From an uncultured Pseudomonadota bacterium (lineage in GTDB: Bacteria > Babelota > Babeliae > Babelales > CAIQNR01): a stretch of DNA of 64,000 nucleotides. Location of the stretch: NCBI GenBank assembly GCA_964604015.1, contig CAZRXF010000004.1, positions 4,861-68,860 on the forward strand, read 5' to 3'. The notes under the pieces were generated by a model. The model searched no databases and was not told the origin of the DNA. It saw only the letters and a list, made by a program, of their open reading frames with translations. A program made the position numbers and the translations under genes. Shown here one piece after another: positions 1-10,700 of this stretch. Position 1 is the stretch's first letter. Every line of letters starts with the position of its first letter.

Positions 1-876
1 TTAAATTCAGCCGTGTGGAGTGGGGGAAGTTTTGTATATGTTCCTGCGGGAGTACACGTTGATCTTCCCTTGCAAGCTTACTTTCGTATCGATCAAAAAC
101 AAATGGGACAATTTGAACGAACGCTCATCATTGCTGAACCAGGAAGTAGCGTACACTACGTTGAAGGTTGCAGTGCTCCAGTGCATCGCTCAAGTTCCTT
201 GCACAGCGCGGTGGTTGAATTGATTGCGTTGCGTGATTCAAAAATTCGTTACACCACCATCCAAAATTGGTCACAAGATGTGTACAACCTTGTCACCAAG
301 CGAGCGATTGCTTATCAAAACGCGTCAGTTGAATGGGTGGATGGTAATTTTGGTAGCAAAGTAACCATGAAATATCCGTGCATCGTTCTTAAAGAACCAG
401 GAGCAAAAGGCCATGTTGTTTCCATTGCTGTTGCAGGTAAAGGACAGCATCAAGATACTGGCGCAAAAATTATTCACTGTGCCTCTGATACCACTTCACA
501 CATCATTTCAAAATCGATCAGTAAGGAGAGTGGGCGCACGAGTTACCGTGGACTTTTGAAAGTGCTCAAAGGAGCAACGGGGGTAAAAGCTCGTGTGCAA
601 TGTGACGCGTTGCTGCTCGATGGAGTTTCCCGAACCGACACCTATCCAACAGTCCAAGTGCTTGAAGAACGGGTTGATGTGGGGCATGAAGCTTCAGTTG
701 GAAAATTAGATGATGAGCAGTTGTTTTATCTCATGAGCCGTGGACTGACCGAACAGCAAGCGCAAGCAATGTTGGTGAATGGGTTTATTGATGTGTTTGT
801 TAAAGAACTTCCGATGGAATATGCAGTCGAAATTAATCGTTTGATTGCTCATGAGATGGAAGGGTCAATCGGATGA
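1..876 (+). CDS. sufB: Fe-S cluster assembly protein SufB, C-terminal part (5' end upstream of window)
   Basis: Frame 1 is open from base 1. The translation ([70 protein letters not shown]) matches the conserved SufB C-terminal region. ATGA stop/start overlap with the next gene. Confidence 0.9.
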   Translation, partial: LNSAVWSGGSFVYVPAGVHVDLPLQAYFRIDQKQMGQFERTLIIAEPGSSVHYVEGCSAPVHRSSSLHSAVVELIALRDSKIRYTTIQNWSQDVYNLVTKRAIAYQNASVEWVDGNFGSKVTMKYPCIVLKEPGAKGHVVSIAVAGKGQHQDTGAKIIHCASDTTSHIISKSISKESGRTSYRGLLKVLKGATGVKARVQCDALLLDGVSRTDTYPTVQVLEERVDVGHEASVGKLDDEQLFYLMSRGLTEQQAQAMLVNGFIDVFVKELPMEYAVEINRLIAHEMEGSIG

Positions 877-1607
877 TTCCTGTTCGTGTCCTTCTTACCA
901 AAGAAACTCCTTCGTATACGCTTCCTGCAGGTACAGAATCTTGCAAGATAGATGTGTTACATTTGGTCGTTCAGGAAGACGTACAAGTGGTTATTAACGA
1001 GCCAGAGCAGTTTTTAGGAACTACGAGGAATATCAATCTTGAATTACAAGCGGGTGCTTCTGTCCAATGGCAGGGTTTTGCAAGTACCCAGGCGTTGCAT
1101 GAGACAGTGATCGTTACCATTGGTGCTCACGCTACGTTTCTAAGAACTTTTCATAGCAACCAAACCGGTTCGTTAATCGGTTCTTATACCTACGTTCTTG
1201 CCGGGCAAGAAGCTCGGGCTACTCTGATTGGTAGACTAAGTCTGACACAAAGAGCCGCACACACGTACACCATCGTGCAACTTCACGAAGCGCCTTCAAC
1301 GCATAGTTCGGTTGATGTAAAAACCGTACTTGCAGATCCAGTATCCTTCTCCTATGACGGGACCATTACTATTCAAGAAAAAGCAGCTCATTCTCAGGCG
1401 TTTCAAAGTCAAAAGAACCTTGTTCTTAGTCCTCAAGCACAGGTACGTTCAGTGCCTAATCTTGAAGTGCTGACTCATGAAGTGCAATGTGGTCACGGTT
1501 CAGCTGTATCATACGTGAACGATGACCACCTTTTTTATCTTCAAATGCGTGGAATCTTTCCTCTAAAAGCTCAGGAACTTTTGGTAGAAGGGTTTTTAAA
1601 AGACTAG
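873..1607 (+). CDS. sufD: SufD-like Fe-S assembly protein (short, 244 aa)
   Basis: Translationally coupled to sufB (ATGA at 873-876). C-terminus [39 protein letters not shown] is the SufB/SufD family signature. No sufC lies between B and D. Confidence 0.75.
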   Translation: MIPVRVLLTKETPSYTLPAGTESCKIDVLHLVVQEDVQVVINEPEQFLGTTRNINLELQAGASVQWQGFASTQALHETVIVTIGAHATFLRTFHSNQTGSLIGSYTYVLAGQEARATLIGRLSLTQRAAHTYTIVQLHEAPSTHSSVDVKTVLADPVSFSYDGTITIQEKAAHSQAFQSQKNLVLSPQAQVRSVPNLEVLTHEVQCGHGSAVSYVNDDHLFYLQMRGIFPLKAQELLVEGFLKD

Positions 1608-4114
1608 CTCGTAAAGCTTTTGCGTATTTTGATAAAATCAGCTTTGGCTTCTCTGGAAATGGTAGATGATCGTACAATAGCTGTTAGTACATTCTTTTCA
1701 AACTCATCACTTTGAGTATGCAGAGCTTGCATAAATACGACTCTTTCAGTTTGATGCAAGATAGATGCTGCTAGGGTTACCGCTTGGTCTGGCTGACTAG
1801 TATAGGCAGAGTAGGCAAGTGGTATAAAAAAACGGTTTATTGGGGGGTGTGAAGTAACCTTGTGTTGAAATCTGTGAGTGCTTCTTTCTAGTGCTTCAGA
1901 GTCGTCTTTTATTGCTTTAAGCATTTCATCTAAGTCTCTTATATGAGGCTTCATTGAAGGCGATTGTATTGAAAGGCGCATGCAAAAATCTTTTCTCAAA
2001 AATGTTGCGTGCGTAATGAACGTTGCCAGAAAAAGATCGACATCTTCTTCTTGTATAGTTTCTACCAAAGCTATAAGTGCTTGTGTGCCCTCATCTGGAG
2101 TAATTTTGTTTGCTCGTGCTTTTTGACATAAAGTGTAGAGCGGCTGTAGAAACTTATTGGTTTTTGCATCAGGACTCACTTTGGTTAAAACAGCAGTGAT
2201 ACGTTTTTGTATTTTACAAAGCTTATTTTTATTTGCAGGAGTGTTTGCTACTTCAATCATTCTCGTTAGACGAGTTTTAAAATTGATGAGATAGATCCAA
2301 AGAGAATCAATCAGCTCTGAGGATGGCTCGTCGTGTAATTCTCTTTCTAGTGCTTCAAAAACTGCTTGCCATACGGGTAGTTCATAACACTGAAACTGTG
2401 GAAGTTGTACCGATTGAAGGATAGGGATCATATTGGCAGGGTTGTTTGTAAAAAGATCGGTGCAGTGATTTATAATTTCTTGTTGTTGAATATCGGAGAG
2501 AGGCAAATCAAGAGTAGTGAAAGAATTGGCATGTACTATTAGTGAAATTGCTGAAAGATGACTGCCGGCTTGTTCGTTTTTGGCTGCGAGTGTACGGATA
2601 GCAGCTTTTACTGATGCTGCTTTAATAGGACTGATATTGGGTTGATGTGGTACTCCTGTAACCCTAGAAGCGTTAGAATGACTTTGTTTTTGTGGTAATA
2701 CTGTATCCACAGTTTGGTTACTTGTTGCTGTGGGTATTGGAGCTGCTGCAGTTTTAGCTTTTTGTTTTCCTTGTTCTTTTCGTATGAGTTTTTGTTCAGC
2801 AGCTGAGAGAGTATTTTCTCGTGAGCGATTGCTTATTGGTCCTTCAGGAGCAGGAGCTTCAAAAGTAAATTCTTCTTTCTTTGATGCCCTTTCTTTTTTT
2901 GAGCGGCGTGCTTGGGTGGTTGAGGTAGGTGCGTTAGATGGATCAGAAGATTGTGCAGTAATGTGTACTGGCACTTTAATAGTAGGTGCTCCCGGAGCGT
3001 AGCGCTTAGGTAGAGAAACAATAACTTTAGTAGAAGCTTTCGAGTTACTTAAATCTGGTACAAGATTTAAAGGTGATGCTGCTTGAGGGTTTTCTTTTTT
3101 TTGTGATTGTACCGGTGCTGCTGGCGGTATGCTCTGAGAAGCTGACGCAGTACGGTTCAGAATTTTAATTGGTTGGAATGGCTTGAAAGGAGAAGGAAGA
3201 GGTGGAAAAAATTCAGGAGAAAACAATGCATTGGTTGTAGCTTTGCGATCTTGTTCAGGTTCAGAAACTGGCATCAGTGCGAGAGGTTCTTGCTGTGACG
3301 ATATTTCCGCAGGTGAAGCAGTTGATTGATGTTCTGTAGGCTCTAAATGTGATGGGTGCAATTGATTTTGATTTTTTTCAGGAGCTATCACAACTGGAGC
3401 AATAGATGGATCTTGTAGTATTCTTTGTTCATGTACGGGGGCAGGTGAAGCAAGATTTTGTTCTTGTAATTTTGAGAGGTCATTTTTGATTTGTTCGATT
3501 TTTTCTTTTGGCAGATGCTTCTGTTGATTTAGAAGAAGTTGGAGGTGTTTTATGGTTCCTTTTGGTCCAAAAATTTTTAGACATTCTTCAATGATATAGT
3601 CAGTTTTATCGATTGGCATTTTAAAAGGTCGTGGGGTTACTGGATGATCGGGGGCTATTGTAGCGGGAGGTACTAGCGCAACGGAGGAGTGGCGAGTTGG
3701 AAGATAGGCAGCTGCTCCTAATGAGGGATTTTGAGGCTCTGGTGCATACCAGTAGATACGATGAAGACAGGGATTTTGGTCCTTATCGAATTGTATTTCA
3801 TAAGCAGCTTCGATGCAATGCACGTTGACAGGATCGCCGCTTGTGACATCGCAGAATACAAATCGGCCAGTTTGTCCTCTGACAAGATAAATAAAATGGT
3901 GATTGTGTTGGTCAGTTTTCCATGTAGTAAAGATTTTCTGCCATGTGATGGTTGGATTATTTGCCGGAGGCCTATAAGCATCAAAAGTAATTGAGTCTGC
4001 GTGTGATAGCGGTTCGTAAGTGAGCGGAAGAACAAGATCTCTGTGTGTCTGTGCGCCATGAGTTATGGCTGGAATACTGCCTAATGACAAAAATATAAAA
4101 AGTACCTTCTTCAT
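1604..4114 (-). CDS. P1: secreted modular low-complexity protein, member 1 of a 7-gene paralog family (function unknown)
   Basis: 836-aa ORF with signal peptide MKKVLFIFLSLGSIPAITHG|AQ. N-domain carries TITWQKIFTTWK. The middle is P/S/A/Q-rich (FFPPLPSPFKPFQP). The helical C-terminal third ends FMQAL...STISREAKADFIKIRKSF. AAGGA lies before the ATG. Its stop overlaps the sufD stop inside CTAG (1604-1607). Confidence 0.85.
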   Translation of the reverse strand: MKKVLFIFLSLGSIPAITHGAQTHRDLVLPLTYEPLSHADSITFDAYRPPANNPTITWQKIFTTWKTDQHNHHFIYLVRGQTGRFVFCDVTSGDPVNVHCIEAAYEIQFDKDQNPCLHRIYWYAPEPQNPSLGAAAYLPTRHSSVALVPPATIAPDHPVTPRPFKMPIDKTDYIIEECLKIFGPKGTIKHLQLLLNQQKHLPKEKIEQIKNDLSKLQEQNLASPAPVHEQRILQDPSIAPVVIAPEKNQNQLHPSHLEPTEHQSTASPAEISSQQEPLALMPVSEPEQDRKATTNALFSPEFFPPLPSPFKPFQPIKILNRTASASQSIPPAAPVQSQKKENPQAASPLNLVPDLSNSKASTKVIVSLPKRYAPGAPTIKVPVHITAQSSDPSNAPTSTTQARRSKKERASKKEEFTFEAPAPEGPISNRSRENTLSAAEQKLIRKEQGKQKAKTAAAPIPTATSNQTVDTVLPQKQSHSNASRVTGVPHQPNISPIKAASVKAAIRTLAAKNEQAGSHLSAISLIVHANSFTTLDLPLSDIQQQEIINHCTDLFTNNPANMIPILQSVQLPQFQCYELPVWQAVFEALERELHDEPSSELIDSLWIYLINFKTRLTRMIEVANTPANKNKLCKIQKRITAVLTKVSPDAKTNKFLQPLYTLCQKARANKITPDEGTQALIALVETIQEEDVDLFLATFITHATFLRKDFCMRLSIQSPSMKPHIRDLDEMLKAIKDDSEALERSTHRFQHKVTSHPPINRFFIPLAYSAYTSQPDQAVTLAASILHQTERVVFMQALHTQSDEFEKNVLTAIVRSSTISREAKADFIKIRKSFTS

Positions 4115-4198
4115 AAAATATCCTTGCTATTCAGTAAAGTTCTGACTTTATACGTCTGGTCAGAGGCATGAAATCAGAACCTTTGTTATTCGATAAAA

Positions 4199-7100
4199 TT
4201 AGTTTTGTTTACTGGCCTTACCTACAAGAGCAGTTACAAAATCTCTGAGTAAAGCGTTAAGTTTTGTTTTATTAGATTCTGCTAGAGCCGGATCTTTGCT
4301 TAATGTCTGTACAAGCGACGATTTTTCAGGAAGTGGAATGTCGGTTGAGGTTATAATTCTTTTCATAAGGTAAAGAAGAAGGTTGCTTGAAAAGCTACTT
4401 AAATTTTTTGCTAGTTCTGGAACGTCGGCTCTAGTAAAAGGTTGCTTAATATTAGTAAAAAAGTTCGGAGTAACCTCTTTTATCTTATGGTATGCCGCAA
4501 GATCTTTAAATAAAGCTTCTTCATCAGCCGTTAAAATCGCCAACAATTGCGCGAGAAATTCGGCTCTTCCTGCTCTTAAGAATTCTTTATGTAGAGGATC
4601 TAGTATTTTGATTTGTTCTTCGGGATTATTCATTAGCGAATTGTAGTTAGAAACTTTTCTTCTAACGTCTCTTATGAAAGGGATTTTTCCAACAGCTGTG
4701 CTATCGGGTTGAGATTTATCGAGATGAGGCTCTAGAGCTTGTCTCCACTCTCGGAGACACGGCAAAAGTTCTGGTAAAAGTTCTAATAAAAGTTTTGCAT
4801 CTTCTTCTTCTTCTTCTTCGATGGATGCTGATAGTAGTGGTTTTGAAAGTGCTTCCAAAGGAGCCGTTATGGATCTTAGGTGATCCCTTTGATTGGTGTT
4901 CGTTAGAAAAAGAATAGATGCTAGTAGGCCTTTGTTAAAATTATCAGTGTCAGGATGAACGAATAGGGCTTCAGTTAATTTTGGTGATATAAAATATGAA
5001 AGATCGTAGTTAGTTATCACTTCTAAAATTTTTTTATTACCAGTTATTTTTTCTATCAAAGCCAATTCTAAAGGGCTATTATGTCCAGGGTTGCTAAAAG
5101 GGAAATAGAATTTTTGTAACTTCATCAAGATATCATTTAATTCTTTCAAAGAGTCTGTAGGAGGGTGTTGAAATAATTCTCCTTGCTCAAACATATCGAA
5201 GATCCGTAATAGACAGTTCTCCCATACCACCTGTCTTGTAAGCCAGGAGTGGTGATTTGTTTGCTCCATCTCATGAATCTCCTGTAGAAATTTTGTATGC
5301 TCTTCGGGGCTCTTAAAAGAGTCAATAAGGGTATCCAAATCTGCAGCTGATTTTGCAGTCATAAGTGTGATGGCTTGTGCGCCTTCTGCGCGTGGTACAG
5401 GGTGTCGAAGAAGAGCGTCTGCTTTCTCCAAAATGGATTGATGACCTAACAAATATGGGGCATTTGTTATTTTTAATGCCTGTATGAAAGCGGGAGTTTC
5501 AGCTTTAATTTTCTGTGCAATAATTCTTCTTGTGGTATCGTCTAACCGAGATGGCATTTTACCCGGAGTATGAACTGCAGAAAAAAAGATGTGGAAAAAA
5601 GGTGCAAAATCTGCGTCAAAAAGTTGAATAAGTTGCTCGTTTGAAGGATCGCCTTTAAGAATAGCATCGAAAAAATTCTCTATTTTTGGAAAAGGATCAA
5701 CGTCTAAGTCTGGAGGAGATTGAACAATAGTTCGAAGCTTTTGAATGAGAGAGTCAACAGAATTTGGTTTTCCTGATGCATCGGTTACTTTTTTTCGACT
5801 CTCACTTTTTGCTTTTTCCGCCTCTGCTTGAGCGCGTCTTGCAGCGGCTTGCTGTAGTTTTCTAATCTGTGCAGCTTCTTGTTTACCACCCTCTTCCTTT
5901 CTTTGTCTGCGGGATAAAATAGGTTCACTTTGAGCAGATGCTATAAATTCAAGAGGGTCGGATTGTTGTTCTGCTTTAGCAGCTGCTGCGGCTGTTCTGG
6001 CCTCTTCTTCTTTCTTTTGTAATTGGCTTATCGGCGCATCTTTTTTAGGAGGTCGTGATGATGTGGCAGTACTTGTAGCAGGGGCAGGCGGTTGCTGCAA
6101 AGATGGTGCCGCTGCTGCTACGGGTAAAACACGAGAAGTGGTGGGCTGTTGAGGTTGTTTTTTTGAAGGTTCAGATGATGGTCTTGGTGCACGAGCGGGA
6201 GCGCTTTCTAAAGTTGACTGCTGCTTTATGTGCTGTCCCTTGGATTGTTGAGAGGTGCTTTGATGTGGTCCAGAGACAGGTACTGACGATTGTGTGTGAG
6301 GAGTAGATTGTTTAGAAGGTGTGGCAACAGCAGTTGGTAGTGGTGCCTGTGGGTTTTTCCCTGTTACAGAGTCTTCTTTTTTGGGGAATTGTAATGCTGT
6401 GGATGCACTGCTGTTTGCTTGTTGTCGTGCGACTGCTGGACGACTTGGCTGTAAAGATGCTTGATGTTTGCGATGTTGAGCTGTTGTAACAGAGGAAGAA
6501 GCAGGGGCTGCTGATGATCTCTGGGATACGGTTTGCAGGGTAGGTTGTAGGTGAGATGGTTCAGAAAAAGGCAGGGCTGGCTGGGCGGCAGCTAGAGGTG
6601 CTTGTTGGGTAGGTGCTGCCTGAGTATCGCTAGAAAGAGATCCATTTTGACTAGGTTGTAATGAAGGTGCGGGGGTAACCACAGGGTTTCTTTTTTCAAT
6701 GTGTGCAGCAGTAAGAGGAGAAGCTTGTGGCTCAGCTGCTGCTGCTAAAGAAGGCTGAGGAGCTGATGGTTGTTCTTGCAAAAGGATTGTGAGGTCACGT
6801 CTTACTTGGTCAAGAGCTTGTTGAGAAAGTCCTGAACCAATAAGTGATAACAGATGCTGAATTGCTCCTTGTTTACCTTTTTGACGTACTAAATCTGGCA
6901 GGCTTACGGACTGGATAAGGGGCATTTGTGCATTGGATGCGCCGTAGTCTACGGGGGGAAGTTGGGTGAAGCTCATAGGTGGGACTGGAGAATACAGAGG
7001 AAGTGGCTGACACATAGGGTGCCCCCACGGTTGTAAAGGATAGCTTGGATAAGGATGGGCTGGAAAAGGATGCGAGTAGAGCGGTGTCCAGAAGCGCGAT

Positions 7101-7477
7101 TCGGCGACATAAGGTGCGCCATCCCTTATTTTGATTGTATGAGTTGCTATTATATTGGAGTGATAAGGTTCTGGTTTGTCGTCGGATCCACAATAAAAAT
7201 CGAGCTGCCCCAAGCCATTATGAATAGCTTGAATGTGGTGCACCCTATGAGGCTGAGTGACCCAATTTTTCAGGAGTTCAGCCCAAGTGGTACCCGGAAA
7301 ATTTTTGGGGGAATGATACATACCGAGAGGCAATACTTTTTTGGGGTTCTGAGGATCTAAAGGTATGTTAAGTTGATATTGAGGCTGTGCGGCACTTGCG
7401 GCAGTACAAGATAGCAAAAGTACTACAAGTACCTTGAATCTAAAAAATATCGGCATAGTTTCTATCTTTTTTTTCAT
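4199..7477 (-). CDS. P2: secreted modular low-complexity protein, family member 2
   Basis: Long ORF 4199-7498. I prefer the ATG at 7477 (MKKKIETMPIFFRFKVLVVLLLSCTAASA|AQ) because GGAGA sits 5 nt upstream. N-domain has GTTWAELLKNW and ATHTIKIRDGAPYV. A Y/H/P linker, a ~400-aa P/A/S/Q-rich region, a K/E/R-rich helix and a helical C-terminal half containing an EEEEEED run follow. Confidence 0.85.
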   Translation of the reverse strand: MKKKIETMPIFFRFKVLVVLLLSCTAASAAQPQYQLNIPLDPQNPKKVLPLGMYHSPKNFPGTTWAELLKNWVTQPHRVHHIQAIHNGLGQLDFYCGSDDKPEPYHSNIIATHTIKIRDGAPYVAESRFWTPLYSHPFPAHPYPSYPLQPWGHPMCQPLPLYSPVPPMSFTQLPPVDYGASNAQMPLIQSVSLPDLVRQKGKQGAIQHLLSLIGSGLSQQALDQVRRDLTILLQEQPSAPQPSLAAAAEPQASPLTAAHIEKRNPVVTPAPSLQPSQNGSLSSDTQAAPTQQAPLAAAQPALPFSEPSHLQPTLQTVSQRSSAAPASSSVTTAQHRKHQASLQPSRPAVARQQANSSASTALQFPKKEDSVTGKNPQAPLPTAVATPSKQSTPHTQSSVPVSGPHQSTSQQSKGQHIKQQSTLESAPARAPRPSSEPSKKQPQQPTTSRVLPVAAAAPSLQQPPAPATSTATSSRPPKKDAPISQLQKKEEEARTAAAAAKAEQQSDPLEFIASAQSEPILSRRQRKEEGGKQEAAQIRKLQQAAARRAQAEAEKAKSESRKKVTDASGKPNSVDSLIQKLRTIVQSPPDLDVDPFPKIENFFDAILKGDPSNEQLIQLFDADFAPFFHIFFSAVHTPGKMPSRLDDTTRRIIAQKIKAETPAFIQALKITNAPYLLGHQSILEKADALLRHPVPRAEGAQAITLMTAKSAADLDTLIDSFKSPEEHTKFLQEIHEMEQTNHHSWLTRQVVWENCLLRIFDMFEQGELFQHPPTDSLKELNDILMKLQKFYFPFSNPGHNSPLELALIEKITGNKKILEVITNYDLSYFISPKLTEALFVHPDTDNFNKGLLASILFLTNTNQRDHLRSITAPLEALSKPLLSASIEEEEEEDAKLLLELLPELLPCLREWRQALEPHLDKSQPDSTAVGKIPFIRDVRRKVSNYNSLMNNPEEQIKILDPLHKEFLRAGRAEFLAQLLAILTADEEALFKDLAAYHKIKEVTPNFFTNIKQPFTRADVPELAKNLSSFSSNLLLYLMKRIITSTDIPLPEKSSLVQTLSKDPALAESNKTKLNALLRDFVTALVGKASKQN

Positions 7478-7753
7478 TTTAGTCTCCATTTTAACCACTT
7501 GGCTAAATTTTAATTTGAATTTAATTGCATATTGTTTTTAAAATAAATCAGCACGTGGAGACGATGTGAAGCTTAAGCCCTTCTTTTTACTTGGTTGGGC
7601 TTAAAAAATGACAAACTTTTTTCACATGGCCTTTCTAGGGCAGCATAAGCAATTAGGTTTTTACGGATGAGGGTGCAACTTATAAAATAAGTGTTTTTGA
7701 TGATGTGTTGTATCGACTCATCCGTAAAGCTTGTTTGGTGAAAATTTGCTGGA

Positions 7754-10700
7754 TTATTTAAGATAAGTTGGGTATTTATTTCTTATGCTTTCTTTTTCTA
7801 TTTTGCATACTCGATCAGATTTTATGAGACGTTCCAACAGATGTTTTTTTGCCAAATAAACAATTTCATCAGAATGCATAATTTTTTCTAGCCCAAGCAT
7901 TACGGTTGCAATGTCTAGTTTATCAATTGCTTGTGTGAATTTTATTGGAGAGATCTGACTACTGCCAGAAATTTCTTTCAACGACGTTATCACAGCTATA
8001 ATAGCCTTGGCGGTTTCGTCTTCCTTCTTAGAGTCACTTTTTGTAGGAATAGCAGCTGCTTGTGCAGTATGTCCGTGTTGAGTTGTCAAAAATGTTCGAT
8101 ATGCCGAGCGAATGCTTTCCTTATCTGGCTCTGAAACGAAATGTGATTTTCCTAGCTGTGTAACAAGGGCATACTTTATCCCTGGCTGAATGGCTTCTGA
8201 TTCAAAAATTTTTGTCGTTACAGGAACTTTAATTAGAAGAGCGTGCGTGCAAAGGGCTTGTACAAATACTGGTACTTCTGGGTAAGAGATTTTTTGAGCA
8301 ATCGCTACAATTTCTATAAGGGCATTCTCTTTTGCAGCATCATCACCGACAGAATGTTTTACTGCTGCATGTGCAATTGGTGTGGTAAAATCATTTTCTG
8401 GATCTGGTGCAATGATCGCAACAGCTGTAGTACCGTCTGCCGATGCTCCTTCTGCTTTAAACCGTTTAGATGTTGATGCATTGGTTCCCAAAAATGTGCG
8501 GATGGCAGTAACAACTTCCAAAGGAATTTCGGCATATCCAGATGCTTCAAGTTGCAGATAAACTGCTTGTGCCAAGAGCCCTCCATGGATTGTTAATGCG
8601 ATACTAAAGCATTTTGCTTCAGAATCAGCCTGTTGAGGATCTATTGTTTTTAAAAGAGCTATTGCTTTTTGGATTGCCTCCTGGCGGGGTTGAGCATGAG
8701 CACCGGTTCCTTCACAATAATGGCGTGCAACTTCTATTATTGGGGTGATGAACCGATTAGTATTTAAAGATTCCAAAGGAAGAGGTTCAAGATTGAGTGT
8801 GTTCCATGCAAGAAGATCTTCCCGAAGCTTTAAAAGTTGCTGATGGTACAACGGATTTTCATGTTGTACGCGTTCGATTATTTGGTTAAGGCGTTCTAAG
8901 AAGTCTTTTCGATAGATATCGAGGCGCTGCTTAGTTCCTGCTTCATCTACAAAGAGTCTTGGCAAGCCTCCTGGTTGTGGGATCTGTGTTTCAAGAATTG
9001 CAATCCAAACAAGTGGCTCACTGGTATGATGGGCGGGATCTGCTGTCATCTGAATCATAGGAATGATTCTGTCTTGGTTTTCTGCAAAAATATTTTTGAA
9101 GGATAGTATGGCTTGGTGTGTAGCAAGCTGTGCCATCTGATCAGAGGAGGCTCCTGGTTGTGCAGCGGCACCTGAGACAGATACTGGTTCTGAGGTCATC
9201 GCCACAATTTTTTTATGAAGATTTTCTATGTGTGAGCGATAAGGTGAAACGTTTTCTTGTGTGAGGGAATATTCAACGAGATATTCTACTGTGGCTAATT
9301 GTTCCTGAAGAAGCGATTTTTTTGATTCAGCCAGAGGAGGCGCTGCTTCTAGGCCAGCTAGAGCAGAGAGAATTACGATGTACACCCCAATGTTTTTTTG
9401 AGGTTGGTTTAATTCTGCAATTACACAGGAAAAATCATCAGGGTTTTTTGCTCGTAATAAGATTTCTTGTGTAATCCTAATTGAATGATTAAGAAGGGCA
9501 AAGACTAACTCTGATGTTTGGTCGATCATGGCAAGGTGAGTGTTCAATTCATCGGAAAAAGAACGAAAAAGCTTTTGAAATCCTACATCGTGAAGTAGGA
9601 GAGTATTAAAAACAGGATCTGTACATTGCCTCCATATTTTTCGTTCGGTATCAGGCAATGTTTTAATGAAGTCTTCGAAAATCTTTGTAACAACTGCGTA
9701 ATGAGAGTCATGTCTATACGACTTTAGAATTGCATAAAAATCGGCAACATCTTGAGGAGTTTTTATTGTAGGAAGATGTTTTTGTAGGACGGTGGTAACT
9801 CTTACTGAGAGGAATCCGTTAAGATCATCAGGAGAGGAAATGGCTTTCAAAACTTTTCTTAAATCGGCCTTATCAGATTCTGTCATATTTGGGTCGCAAG
9901 AGAGGGCACGAAGTTGTTTTTGAGTTTTTGCAGTGATGTACGTTGTGACTTGTTCCGCAGAGATTCCCTTTAAAATTTCTCCGCGACGGGTAAGATCTTT
10001 AAAAAGTTCGGAGATGGAGTTCGCAGATATGTTTTCTGCTCGCATGACAGTAACAGGCATAGGCTCCCGGGCGCCATTAGCTTCGAGAACTTTGAATTGG
10101 AGAGCAGTAATAAAAGCTTGAAGCTCCTGTAATTCTTGGGTTTGAACACTTTGAGTCTTTTCACGGACAGTAAGTATTCGCTTTAGGTCTTCACAAAGTG
10201 TGTGAAACTCATGCAAGGTAAACCATGACCAGCGGTTTTGAGTAATTCCATCAGCAAGGAGAGGCAAAAATTGTTTAAGACTCCTTTCAGAGCCAGGGTT
10301 TTGCTGACAGATCATTAACAATTGTTCGGTATTTCCGACCCTAGTAACAAAATTAAATACGTCTTCTTTAGCGATGCCTTTACCGGTAGGATCTTCAAGG
10401 AGCTTAAGAAGTTCTGTTCTATTGTTGGTAATGGAAGCAGCACTAATGAGAGTGGTAGATGCCGCTGCAGCAGCAACTTCTGTGAGTTTGTTAAGATTAA
10501 TTACTCCGCTAGGATTTACAAATTGTTCTGCAGACATTTTAATCGATACAGTATTTGATGAGCCTTGCCCTATTCTTATACGTAAGGGAGAAGCAGGGAA
10601 GGATTTTGTTTCAAGATAAACCTGTGATTCATTAAGAATATACTCGTAGAAATTAGAAGATATGTTATTTTCTCGGCAGGTTGCTATTGCAGTGGGAACG

